A DNA stretch of 32,000 nucleotides from an uncultured Oscillospiraceae bacterium (GCA_900759385.1 CAAEUZ010000090.1:12672-44671); one strand, 5' to 3'. Counted from the first letter of the stretch, positions 18,391 to 26,534 are shown. Numbers and translations: made by a program. The notes: a model not told the origin generated them from the sequence alone.

Positions 18391-18437
18391 AAATAAAAAA
18401 ATAACCGCAAGCCCCCAATAAAAAGGCTCGCGGTTAT
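18391..18437 (-). terminator. Orphaned rho-independent terminator, the presumed original guaA terminator
   Basis: On the minus strand: AUAACCGCGAGCC-11 nt-GGCUUGCGGUUAU (13 bp, one G-U) followed by TTTTTTTATTT. It begins 23 nt downstream of the displaced copy of the guaA 3' end. Confidence 0.8.
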
Positions 18438-18459
18438 CACGATTAATATCCACTTTTCG

Positions 18460-18472
18460 CTTATTCCCACTC
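18460..18472. repeat. attL core: displaced copy of the guaA 3' end (CTTATTCCCACTC)
   Basis: Identical to 28489..28501, which encodes ...EWE-stop of guaA on the minus strand. Confidence 0.8.
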
Positions 18473-18574
18473 AAGTCACGGCGCAGTATTCATCGTGAAT
18501 ATACGCACTTTTAATTCGCTTTTTACGCATTTAATCCACCTTATCTGTCTTATACACGACGTCCGCGGAATTTT

Positions 18575-18592
18575 TGTAGCCAAAGTGTAGCC
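18575..18592. repeat. Left arm-type repeat pair TGTAGCCAAAGTGTAGCC
   Basis: Two TGTAGCC copies phased by 11 bp. It matches 28401..28418 at 16 of 18 positions in the same orientation. Confidence 0.7.
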
Positions 18593-18643
18593 ACTCGAAT
18601 TCACCTCAAAACCAGCCGAAATTACTGCAAAGGAGTAAGTACC

Positions 18644-18820
18644 ATGAGCAAACTCATATCCCGCGAGTTTAACATTGACACCGCCTGCGTCGAGCTGCGC
18701 TATGCCGGTGGTAGCGGCATAAATATCTACTGTCCAGGTGTTGAGGACAGCTTCGACGCCACGCCGGCCATGCGCACTGAGATGGACCGGCTTATAGTAT
18801 GCAGGGATGGTACTGTATGA
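18644..18820 (+). CDS. 58-aa hypothetical protein at the island left end (MSKLISREFNIDTACVELRYAGGSGINIYCPGVEDSFDATPAMRTEMDRLIVCRDGTV)
   Basis: Hand translation; the ORF is below the track cut-off. AAAGGAG SD lies 8 nt before the ATG. Confidence 0.5.
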   Translation: MSKLISREFNIDTACVELRYAGGSGINIYCPGVEDSFDATPAMRTEMDRLIVCRDGTV

Positions 18821-18921
18821 TATGTTGGAGGGATGTCTCAGAGGAACATCAGGAATACACAGCTTAGATAGTTAGTCTCAGCGCAAGGGTTTTGCCCTTG
18901 TAAGGAGCCGCAGCGACGCAA

Positions 18922-18953
18922 AACATCCCGGATGCTCAGGCACCCGGGATGTT
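18922..18953 (-). terminator. Weak putative terminator after the LacI-family gene
   Basis: AACATCCCGG-12 nt-CCGGGATGTT followed on the minus strand by TTGCG. The T-run is short. Confidence 0.35.
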
Positions 18954-19005
18954 AAACGCACATACATGGTAACTATGTATAGAAGTGCACCCTTGCGCGC
19001 CGACG

Positions 19006-20004
19006 TCAAATCAGGTGGGTGCTTTTTCCTACAATCAGGCTCGGCAGGGTGGTAAAACTCTGAACTCGCAGCTCGGGCTTTTTCAGTTCCTGCAAAAGCT
19101 GCTTTGCGGCCACGCGACCCATGTCGCGCACGTCTATCTGCACCAGAGTCGGTTCGGGCACAATGAGCGGGCTGTACGGGTAACGGTCAAAAGTTATAAG
19201 CTGCACGCCGTCAGGGATACTCACTCCGAGCTCATGCGCCGCCTCGGCGAAGGCAAAGGCGAGCAGGTTGCTGCTGCACACCACGGCATCCGGCCTGTCC
19301 GGAGCCGTCAGCAGCTCCAAAGCGGCGGCGCGCCCAGATTGCAGCGTGCCGTCCGTGTGCTTTATCCAGTTCTCGCGATATTCGCAGCCATTCTCCTCCG
19401 CAGCGGCGCGGAAGCCCGCAAGACGCTCATTGGATATGTCATCCGTCTCCAGCGCGCCGATAAAAGCCACGTCACGGCAGCCGCACCCTGAGAGGTGCTC
19501 GACCGCGATACGCCCTCCGAGGGCGTTGTCCGTATCAACCCAGTTTATGCGCGTGTCGCTCGGATGGCCTATCACTATGTGGGGGAATTTCCGGGTGACA
19601 AGGAGCTGATGGATTGGCTTTGTCAGCGCGCCGCCATGGACTATGAGCCCATCTGCGGCTCGCGACAGCATTATCTGCTCCACATCCGTAATCGTCGCGT
19701 CCAGCAGCATCAGGCTGTACCCTTTTTTGCTCAGTGCCTCCTGAACCCCGCACATGATGTCAAAAAGGTGCGGATTGGTGTACGGCTCAAACTCTTCGAG
19801 CTTGGCCAAGAAAGCGATGCAGCGCGCGCTTTTCCTGGCAAGCCCAGCAGCGCGGCTGTTTGGGGCATACTCAAGCCGCCGCATTATTTCCTTTACCCTC
19901 AGCGTTGTCGCCTCGGATATACCGGGCATGTCGTTTATTACCCTGCTGACGGTGGAAATACTGACCCCGGCTTCACGGGCGACGTCTTTAATGGTAACTG
20001 GCAT
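19006..20004 (-). CDS. LacI-family transcriptional regulator
   Basis: N-terminal HTH MPVTIKDVAREAGVSISTVSRVIN with a periplasmic-binding-protein-like core. GGAGGG lies 6 nt before the ATG at 20004. The upstream ATG at 20010 abuts the SD. Confidence 0.9.
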   Translation of the reverse strand: MPVTIKDVAREAGVSISTVSRVINDMPGISEATTLRVKEIMRRLEYAPNSRAAGLARKSARCIAFLAKLEEFEPYTNPHLFDIMCGVQEALSKKGYSLMLLDATITDVEQIMLSRAADGLIVHGGALTKPIHQLLVTRKFPHIVIGHPSDTRINWVDTDNALGGRIAVEHLSGCGCRDVAFIGALETDDISNERLAGFRAAAEENGCEYRENWIKHTDGTLQSGRAAALELLTAPDRPDAVVCSSNLLAFAFAEAAHELGVSIPDGVQLITFDRYPYSPLIVPEPTLVQIDVRDMGRVAAKQLLQELKKPELRVQSFTTLPSLIVGKSTHLI

Positions 20005-20073
20005 TTTCATCCCTCCACAGCATTATAGTATAACGTTTTCATAAATAAATCAAGAGAAATATTGCAATTTCTA

Positions 20074-20102
20074 TTGACTTACACAAATATTGTAGTTATA
20101 CT
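20074..20102 (+). promoter_or_regulatory. Promoter of the sugar ABC / GH13 operon
   Basis: TTGACT, 17 nt, TATACT. Confidence 0.65.
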
Positions 20103-20158
20103 TCAAATCAAGAGGTGCGTATTGTACAAGTTTTTCGCTTATAGCAAGCATTATCTAA

Positions 20159-20172
20159 GTAAAACGTTTTAC
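20159..20172. promoter_or_regulatory. LacI/CcpA-type operator: perfect 14-bp palindrome GTAAAACGTTTTAC
   Basis: It lies between the -10 box and the SD of the binding-protein gene and fits the central-CG palindrome typical of LacI-family operators. A weaker copy, GTATAACGTTTTCA, sits at 20028..20041 next to the lacI-family gene start. Confidence 0.7.
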
Positions 20173-20200
20173 TATATTGATCAGAACGGAGGATGAAAAA

Positions 20201-21469
20201 ATGAAGAAATTCCTTGCCATACTGCTCAGCGCCCTGATGCTTATGACACTGCTCGCAGCCTGCGGAACCTCAAACGAACCCAGCGGTGAGAGCGCCGCGC
20301 CCGCATCGGAAGCGCCGGAGTCGGAAACGCCGGCTGAACCCGTAGAGCTTACAGTCTGGCACGACAACGACGAAGCCCTCATGCAGGCGATGGCCGACGC
20401 CGCAAACGCAAAGCTCGAGGGGACGGGTGTGACGCTTACCTTTGAAAAGCGCACCGGCCTTTCCGACCAGCTCAAGCTCTACGGCGGCGACGCGGCCAAC
20501 GGCCCCGACATGTACCTCTGGGCGCATGACAGTCTCGGCACATTTGTGGCGATGGACATTCTCGAACCGCTCACTAACCTCATTGACGAGAGTGTACTTG
20601 CCGACGACCTGCCGCTGACCGTTGAAGCCGGTCAGATAGACGGCACTCAGTACCTGCTCCCCGTGTACTTCGAGACTCTGCTCTTCCTCTACAACAAGGA
20701 CCTCTGGCAGGGCGACATACCCGCGACGACCGAGGAGCTATATGAGTACATGGTAGCAAACACAGATACCGCCGCCGGTACATACGCAGTCGTCAACCAG
20801 CACTCGACTTCGTATAACGTCTCGCCCTTTATAAACGGTTTCGGCGGGTACATACTCGACGATGATGGCAACCCGGGACTCAACGACCCCAAAACCATCG
20901 AGGCTGTGGAGTACAACAAGAAATTCGCCGACCTGGAAGCCGACGGAGATTACAACACTGTCACGACCCTCTTCAATGAGGGCAAGGCTCAGGCCATAAT
21001 CGGCGGGCCTTGGCTCGTCGCTGGGATTCGTGCCGCTGGCATTGACCTCGGTGTGGCGTCGCTCTCCGACATGACTCTTCCCAACGGAGAGCCGCTGGCC
21101 CCCTTCTCCGGCGTCCAGGGCATCGGCGTCATGAAAGTAGCCGCGGAGACGAAGGGCGACGCGATTGCGCTGGCTCTTGAGGCTCTCGCTTCGCCCGAGG
21201 TGGGCACCGCCCTCGCGAAGGCCGGTGGATGCGCCCCGGCGAACTCGCTCTCTTATGATGACCCGGACGTTGCTGCCGACGAGATAATAGCGGCGATTGA
21301 GCACACGGCAGATACCGCCCAACCCATGCCTAACGCTGCAGAGATGAACGTTATGTGGGGTCCGGTTGACAGCATGCTTGCCGCTGTCAACAAAAACGGC
21401 CAGGACGCGGCGTCTGCTGCTGAGGAAGCTCAGGCCGCGGCTCTTCAGGCCATAGCGGATATGCAGTGA
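20201..21469 (+). CDS. MalE-like extracellular solute-binding lipoprotein (maltodextrin-type ABC substrate-binding protein)
   Basis: Lipobox LLAAC, and the MalE-like DMYLWAHDSLG and GGPW motifs. GGAGGA SD lies 7 nt before the ATG at 20201. Confidence 0.85.
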   Translation: MKKFLAILLSALMLMTLLAACGTSNEPSGESAAPASEAPESETPAEPVELTVWHDNDEALMQAMADAANAKLEGTGVTLTFEKRTGLSDQLKLYGGDAANGPDMYLWAHDSLGTFVAMDILEPLTNLIDESVLADDLPLTVEAGQIDGTQYLLPVYFETLLFLYNKDLWQGDIPATTEELYEYMVANTDTAAGTYAVVNQHSTSYNVSPFINGFGGYILDDDGNPGLNDPKTIEAVEYNKKFADLEADGDYNTVTTLFNEGKAQAIIGGPWLVAGIRAAGIDLGVASLSDMTLPNGEPLAPFSGVQGIGVMKVAAETKGDAIALALEALASPEVGTALAKAGGCAPANSLSYDDPDVAADEIIAAIEHTADTAQPMPNAAEMNVMWGPVDSMLAAVNKNGQDAASAAEEAQAAALQAIADMQ

Positions 21470-21484
21470 GAATGGATGAATTAA

Positions 21485-21512
21485 GGGGCGGCGGCTTCGC
21501 CGCCCCATTTTT
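21485..21512 (+). terminator. Intra-operon hairpin (partial terminator / mRNA stabiliser) after the binding-protein gene
   Basis: GGGGCGGCG-gctt-CGCCGCCCC followed by ATTTTT. The next gene's SD (GGAGG) follows immediately. Confidence 0.65.
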
Positions 21513-21524
21513 GGAGGCCTTGCC

Positions 21525-22409
21525 ATGAGCCTTAGACGCAAATTGAAGCCCTGGTGCTGGTGCGTACCGGCGGTGCTGCTCATACTCATCATCATCGTCT
21601 TTCCCATCATCTACACCGGGTACATTTCACTTACCAATATGAACCTCTATCACTGGCAGGACTACGAGGTGATAGGGCTGGACAACTATGCCCGCGCGCT
21701 TTTCAAGTTTGACTCAGGATTTCTGTCCGCTCTTGGTACGACGCTGCTCTGGACCGTGCTCAACATGGTCATACAGCTTGCGCTGGGCTTTCTCATAGCC
21801 CTGGGGCTCAACGCACCCAAGCTGAAGCTCAGCCGATTGTACAAGACGCTACTGATGGTGCCCTGGGCGATGCCGGCGTATATTTCCATCCTGCTTTGGC
21901 GCGTAGGAATGTTCAACACCGAACTCGGTCTGCTAAACAAGTGGATCACGGCGTTGGGATTTGAAAAGGTGGACTTCCTCGCTACCAACGGCATAGCCTT
22001 TGTGTCCTGTCTCGTGCTCAATCTCTGGATGGCGCTGCCGTTTATGATTTCCACGATCGACGGAGCTCTGCAGAGCGTTGACCGCAGCTTGTATGAGAGC
22101 GCCACGCTCGACGGCGCAGGATTCTGGACACGCACATGGAAAATAACAATTCCAAGTATACGGCCCGTAATAGCCCCTGCCGCCGTTATGACGACGTTCA
22201 TAACTTTTAAACAGTTCGATATCATCTATCTGCTCACGCAGCAGCGCGGCTACATGACCGGCGCGACGCTTAACACAGTGATAACCTACGTCCACCAGAA
22301 CGCCTTCGTCTCGAACAATTACGGCCTGTCCAGCGCAGTGAGCATGCTGCTCTTCGTGATTATAATCATCTTCTCGCTGGCCACCAACCGAAGCCTGAGG
22401 GAGGACTGA
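21525..22409 (+). CDS. Carbohydrate ABC transporter permease (MalF-like)
   Basis: Six TM helices and the EAA loop YESATLDGAGFWTRTWKITIPSIRP. Confidence 0.9.
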   Translation: MSLRRKLKPWCWCVPAVLLILIIIVFPIIYTGYISLTNMNLYHWQDYEVIGLDNYARALFKFDSGFLSALGTTLLWTVLNMVIQLALGFLIALGLNAPKLKLSRLYKTLLMVPWAMPAYISILLWRVGMFNTELGLLNKWITALGFEKVDFLATNGIAFVSCLVLNLWMALPFMISTIDGALQSVDRSLYESATLDGAGFWTRTWKITIPSIRPVIAPAAVMTTFITFKQFDIIYLLTQQRGYMTGATLNTVITYVHQNAFVSNNYGLSSAVSMLLFVIIIIFSLATNRSLRED

Positions 22410-22411
22410 GC

Positions 22412-23254
22412 ATGAAACGTAAAACTAAAGAGCGCATAGGGTATATAGCCCTCAATATTGCCTTCATTCTCCTGTGCCTGGTCACGCTGATACCGATATA
22501 CTACGCGGTAAACGTGTCCTTCTCCGGGCCGGGCAGCTCGCTCTCCGGGGATTTTTCGTTTCTTCCAGAGAACCCCTCGCTGGAAAATTACCGCGCCATC
22601 CTTTTTGACGAGCCATTTTTGCTATGGCTCAAAAATTCGCTGCTGCTTAGCGTGGGTACAGTCGCCATAGCCATGCTCTGCGCCGTGACGGCGGCCTACG
22701 CCTGCTCTCGCTGGAGATTCAAAGGCCGCAGGCCACTGCTCATGGCTTTACTCGTACTCAACGCCTTCCCGCAGGTGCTCTCGCTCTTTGCATATTACCG
22801 CATACTGCGTCTTGCCGGGCTGCTGAATTCCCACATAGGGCTGATGCTCATATACGCGGGGAGCATGTGTGTCTTTGCCGTCTGGAACATGAAGGGATAC
22901 TTCGATTCCATACCGGTCGAAATAGAGGAGGCGTCAAAGATAGACGGTGCAAACGACGCTCAGATGATATGGCGTATCGTCCTGCCGCTTGCGAAACCGG
23001 CCATCGTCGTCACCTGTGTCATGGTGCTCATAACCGTCTGGAACGAGTACCTGTTTGCGACTACCTTCCTGCTGGACAGCGATTACTATTCGCTCTCGGC
23101 GGGGCTTTATCAGCTGCAAAGCAACGACTACACCCGCTCTTGGCCGCTGTTCACGGCGGCAAGCATACTCGCGTCGATACCGCTGCTGCTGATTTTCTTC
23201 AAGATACAAAAATACATGGTCTCCGGTCTCACCGCCGGCGGCGTGAAAGGATAA
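22412..23254 (+). CDS. Carbohydrate ABC transporter permease (MalG-like)
   Basis: EAA loop EEASKIDGANDAQMIWRIVLPLAKP. The start lies 2 nt after the preceding stop. Confidence 0.9.
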   Translation: MKRKTKERIGYIALNIAFILLCLVTLIPIYYAVNVSFSGPGSSLSGDFSFLPENPSLENYRAILFDEPFLLWLKNSLLLSVGTVAIAMLCAVTAAYACSRWRFKGRRPLLMALLVLNAFPQVLSLFAYYRILRLAGLLNSHIGLMLIYAGSMCVFAVWNMKGYFDSIPVEIEEASKIDGANDAQMIWRIVLPLAKPAIVVTCVMVLITVWNEYLFATTFLLDSDYYSLSAGLYQLQSNDYTRSWPLFTAASILASIPLLLIFFKIQKYMVSGLTAGGVKG

Positions 23255-23256
23255 AC

Positions 23257-24927
23257 ATGAAAAAGGAAGCGATATTTCACCGGCCAATGAGCGAATACGC
23301 CTTTGGCCTGGACGAGGACACCACAGTATTCCGGCTGCGCAGCGCTCCCGGTGACGTCGAGCGCTGCACGCTCTGGTACGGCGACACTTCAAGTCCGGAG
23401 ACACCTGTGCCTGTATTTCATGCGGAAATGGCGCTCAAGTATCACGGTGAAAACTGCGACTGGTGGGAGACCGAGCTGCGCGGTACTTTTCACCGACTCT
23501 ATTACTACTTTGAGCTCACGGGCGACGAGACGCTGTATTACTCCGGTGAGGTATTTTTCACTCAGCCAAGTGCAGAGCGCGCTGAATACTTCAAGTTCCC
23601 ATTCAACCACCGCGCGGATATCGCCCGCGTCCCTGATTGGGTGTCGGATGCCGTGGTGTACAATATTTTCCCCGACAGCTTTGCAAGTTCCCGGCGCGCG
23701 ATTGCCGGAAGTGGGACCGAAAAACATACCAGCGGCGCTCTTTCCCGCTCGCGTCTCGGCGGCACGATAAACGGCATACGCGAAAATCTCGATTACATAT
23801 CCGCTCTCGGAGCCAACTGTATCTATCTGAATCCCATCTTTGCCGCCGGGCAGTATCACAAGTACGACACGATAGACTACCTACACATTGACCCCTGCTT
23901 AGGTACGGACGAGGATTTCCGCGCTCTTGTGGACAAGTGCCACGCACGCGGGATACGCGTCATACTTGACGGCGTGTTCAACCACTGCGGCGCACAGTTT
24001 TTTGCCTTCCGCGACGTGCTCGAAAGGCAGGAGCGCAGCCGCTACGCAAGCTGGTTTTACCGTCTGCAGTTTCCCGTTGCATACCCCGAAGCAGGCGAAC
24101 GGCCAAATTATGAATGCTTCTGTTATGAACGGCTTATGCCCAAGCTTGATACGTCAAACCCAGAAGTATGCGACTACCTCTGCGCCGTCGGTGAGCACTG
24201 GCTGCGCGAATTTGACACAGACGGATGGCGTCTCGACGTAGCAGACGAGCCGAACGACGGATTCTGGAGGGAGTTTCGCCGGCGCTGCAAATCCGTCAAG
24301 AGCGACGCGCTGCTCATAGGCGAAGTTTGGGGCAGCGCAAGGCATTGGCTAAGCGGAGATATGCTCGATTCCACCATGAACTACGACTTCCGCAATCACT
24401 GCCGGCACTTTTTCGCCGAGGGCAGCATCGACGCGCGCACCTTCGCCGGACGTTGCTCGGATATGCTCATGCGCTATAAACGTCAGATTGCCGCAGCACA
24501 GCTGAACCTGCTTGACAGCCACGATGTCAGTCGCTTCCTTAATCTATGCAGAGGCGATGTGCGGCGCTTGAAGCTGGCAGTTATGTTCATGTGCTGCTTT
24601 CCGGGTATGCCCTGTGTATTCTATGGCGATGAGCTTGGCGTCTCCGGCATAGACGAATTGGATTTCCGGCGCGCCATGCCCTGGCAGAGCGGAGACGCGG
24701 AGCTGCTGGAGTTTTACCGCGACGCGATATCCCTGCGACGAAATCACCCCGCGCTTCGTCACGGCGAGCTGCGCTTTCTCCGCGCCGAGCCGGGTGAACG
24801 CGTGCTTGTGTTTGAGCGAAAATTGCCAAGTGATAAGCTGATAGTAGCTATCAATTCAGCAGAAACCGAGTATAATTATTCCGGTCATAAGATCCCGCCG
24901 CTCTCATGGGTAATAGTAGAGCAATAA
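23257..24927 (+). CDS. Intracellular GH13 alpha-glucosidase of the neopullulanase / cyclomaltodextrinase / maltogenic amylase type
   Basis: The four GH13 regions are present: DGVFNH, GWRLDVADE, GEVW and LLDSHD. There is an N-terminal IFHRP...FRLR domain and no signal peptide. The true start is the ATG at 23257 (MKKEAIFHRP, AAAGGA SD). The 130 extra codons of ORF 22867.. overlap the malG-like gene. Confidence 0.9.
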   Translation: MKKEAIFHRPMSEYAFGLDEDTTVFRLRSAPGDVERCTLWYGDTSSPETPVPVFHAEMALKYHGENCDWWETELRGTFHRLYYYFELTGDETLYYSGEVFFTQPSAERAEYFKFPFNHRADIARVPDWVSDAVVYNIFPDSFASSRRAIAGSGTEKHTSGALSRSRLGGTINGIRENLDYISALGANCIYLNPIFAAGQYHKYDTIDYLHIDPCLGTDEDFRALVDKCHARGIRVILDGVFNHCGAQFFAFRDVLERQERSRYASWFYRLQFPVAYPEAGERPNYECFCYERLMPKLDTSNPEVCDYLCAVGEHWLREFDTDGWRLDVADEPNDGFWREFRRRCKSVKSDALLIGEVWGSARHWLSGDMLDSTMNYDFRNHCRHFFAEGSIDARTFAGRCSDMLMRYKRQIAAAQLNLLDSHDVSRFLNLCRGDVRRLKLAVMFMCCFPGMPCVFYGDELGVSGIDELDFRRAMPWQSGDAELLEFYRDAISLRRNHPALRHGELRFLRAEPGERVLVFERKLPSDKLIVAINSAETEYNYSGHKIPPLSWVIVEQ

Positions 24928-24942
24928 AACCTCGCAAGTGGG

Positions 24943-24962
24943 GCGAGTGGCTAGCCACTCGC
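24943..24962. repeat. Perfect 20-bp palindrome GCGAGTGGCTAGCCACTCGC, which shares TAGCCACTCG with the left arm region
   Basis: Read directly from the sequence. It lies at the junction between the sugar cassette and the int/rep module. Confidence 0.6.
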
Positions 24963-25005
24963 GAAAAACACCTTGTTGGGATTTTATCCCAAACCCTAAA
25001 AACTC

Positions 25006-25037
25006 AGAACAGCCCGACCGTGCGGTCGGGCTGTTCT
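25006..25037. terminator. Bidirectional terminator between the convergent GH13 and RepA-like genes
   Basis: AGAACAGCCCGACC-gtgc-GGTCGGGCTGTTCT. It is followed by TTTC on the + strand and TGAGTTTTTAGGG on the minus strand. Confidence 0.75.
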
Positions 25038-25076
25038 TTCGGCGGCGCACCCTTACGGGCGCTTATTTTATCCTCC

Positions 25077-25140
25077 GCGACGGTTGCAACGGTTGCGACG
25101 GTTAAATTGGCAGTGCTCAGGCTATCGTTGCAACCGTCGC
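25077..25140. repeat. 15-bp inverted repeat (GCGACGGTTGCAACG / CGTTGCAACCGTCGC) plus ACGGTTGC direct repeats spanning the 3' end of the RepA-like gene
   Basis: Read directly from the sequence. The arms are at 25077..25091 and 25126..25140. ACGGTTGC occurs twice in tandem, then GACGGTT. Confidence 0.7.
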
Positions 25141-26223
25141 AAGCGTCGCGCTCTCCGATTCCGCGACTACAACAGCGCCGGTCAGCCTGATGCGCCGTCC
25201 CTCGTGCCGAGCCAGGCTCTCGTATTTCACATTATACTCGTCGAGCAGCCGTCCCGCATTTACGTTCAAATGCCGCGTCAGCCGGTTGACCGCCATGTCC
25301 GAGCCCAGCGCGAGCGCCAGCTCCGAGGGGCTTCCCTCCCAATGACCACCGCGCTCTTCTACAAGTCTTCTCACAGAATCGAGCACCGCGTCGGGTGGCT
25401 TCTTCCACAACTCTGTCTCGGCGCTCTCAAGGTTCCACACAAGGCTGTCACGCTCTTTCACAATATGCAGCCGCTGGTCGGGCTGGTCGCGCCCGACAAC
25501 ATCCAGCGTCGCCGTGAGGTCGGTGCGCTTTTCCTTGCGCATCAGCAGCGCTCCGTCAGCGCAGCCCAGCAGCCCGTTTGTCCCCGATAGCATCTCGAAG
25601 CAGTCTCCTGCGGCCTGCTTTCTCGTGTGATGTACCGCCAGCACGCAGAGCTTGTGCTTGTCCGCAAAAGATTTCAATCGCGTCACGAGTTCATAGTCGC
25701 TGCCGTAGCTGTAGTCCCTCGACGCCTCCCTCACCTTTTGCAGCGTGTCGAGCACGATGAGCTTGGTGTCCGGGTGCTCGCGGACGAAGTATTCAAGCTG
25801 CCCGTCAAGGCCGTCGGAAAGCAGCTTGGCTTGGACAGAGAAGAACACGCTGCCTTCAGCGGCCACGCCGAACATCCGCGACATTCGCCCCTGCAAACGA
25901 CCGTAGTCGTCTTCCAGTGCGAGATAGAGCACGGAACCCTGATGTACGTCGTAACCCCACAGCGGCTGGCCTGTGCCGACGTGATACGCTATCTGCGCAA
26001 CGAGAAACGACTTGCCTATTTTCGGCGCACCAGCGAGAAAGTACGCGCCCGCGTACAGCAGACCGTCTATTATAGACGGCCTGCTTTCGTACACGTTGTC
26101 AAAGAGTTCATTCAACGATACAGTATGCAGATAATCCGGGTTGTTCATCTGTCTCATCTTCCTGAGCAACCTGTTCATATCCATTTCTTCAGATTTACAT
26201 TCGCTCATTTGACTCACCGCCAA
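25117..26223 (-). CDS. RepA-like / RecA-fold AAA ATPase (AAA_25-type replication helicase of small mobile elements) with a C-terminal winged-helix-like region
   Basis: Walker A GAPKIGKSF, Walker B LIVLDTL, and VLAVHHTRK. The start is either the TTG at 26223 or the ATG at 26208. Either overlaps the end of the upstream HTH gene. Confidence 0.8.
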   Translation of the reverse strand: MAVSQMSECKSEEMDMNRLLRKMRQMNNPDYLHTVSLNELFDNVYESRPSIIDGLLYAGAYFLAGAPKIGKSFLVAQIAYHVGTGQPLWGYDVHQGSVLYLALEDDYGRLQGRMSRMFGVAAEGSVFFSVQAKLLSDGLDGQLEYFVREHPDTKLIVLDTLQKVREASRDYSYGSDYELVTRLKSFADKHKLCVLAVHHTRKQAAGDCFEMLSGTNGLLGCADGALLMRKEKRTDLTATLDVVGRDQPDQRLHIVKERDSLVWNLESAETELWKKPPDAVLDSVRRLVEERGGHWEGSPSELALALGSDMAVNRLTRHLNVNAGRLLDEYNVKYESLARHEGRRIRLTGAVVVAESESATLATVATIA

Positions 26224-26398
26224 TCTGCATCCCGTAAAACTTCTTCTGAAAGTATTGAACCGGACACTTGCCAGAAACCGTTATGTATCCCATCCCTTTT
26301 AACTCCCGATTCATGTCCCTGACGATTTGATACGCCTTACTCCTGCTTACTCCCATGATTTCTGCCACATCGGCTGCCGTGATAAACTGCGCTCTCAT
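26195..26398 (-). CDS. 67-aa helix-turn-helix protein, excisionase-like (HTH_17/MerR-type)
   Basis: MRAQFITAADVAEIMGVSRSKAYQIVRDMNREL. GGAGG lies 5 nt before the ATG at 26398. The longer ORF start at 26614 would run through the promoter region. Confidence 0.75.
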   Translation of the reverse strand: MRAQFITAADVAEIMGVSRSKAYQIVRDMNRELKGMGYITVSGKCPVQYFQKKFYGMQIGGESNERM

Positions 26399-26482
26399 TT
26401 TGCCTCCATTATTTAATTTGTGCATCTCTAATGCGCTCATTTCCACCAGTCTTTCATAATGCGCACTTTTAATACGTCTTGC

Positions 26483-26511
26483 ATTATACGCTTTATGCGC
26501 ATTCTTGTCAA
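26483..26511 (-). promoter_or_regulatory. Consensus sigma-A promoter driving the xis-like/repA-like genes
   Basis: On the minus strand: TTGACA, 17 nt, TATAAT. The palindrome ATGCGCAT sits inside the spacer. Confidence 0.7.
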
Positions 26512-26534
26512 TATCATTTTTGAGAAATACGTAC

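Noticed and set aside
18338-18400. C-rich tract (CTTCCTCCCCCCCAGTTCATCCGCCTCCGCCCACCACCGCC...) as a possible regulatory or structured element
   Set aside because: I could find no complementary partner, repeat copy or ORF. It lies between the two orphaned terminators and is most simply read as spacer DNA. It remains unexplained rather than interpreted.
22867-23256. 130-codon N-terminal extension of the GH13 ORF
   Set aside because: It overlaps the malG-like permease gene in another frame. The GH13 N-domain begins at the ATG at 23257, which has its own SD.
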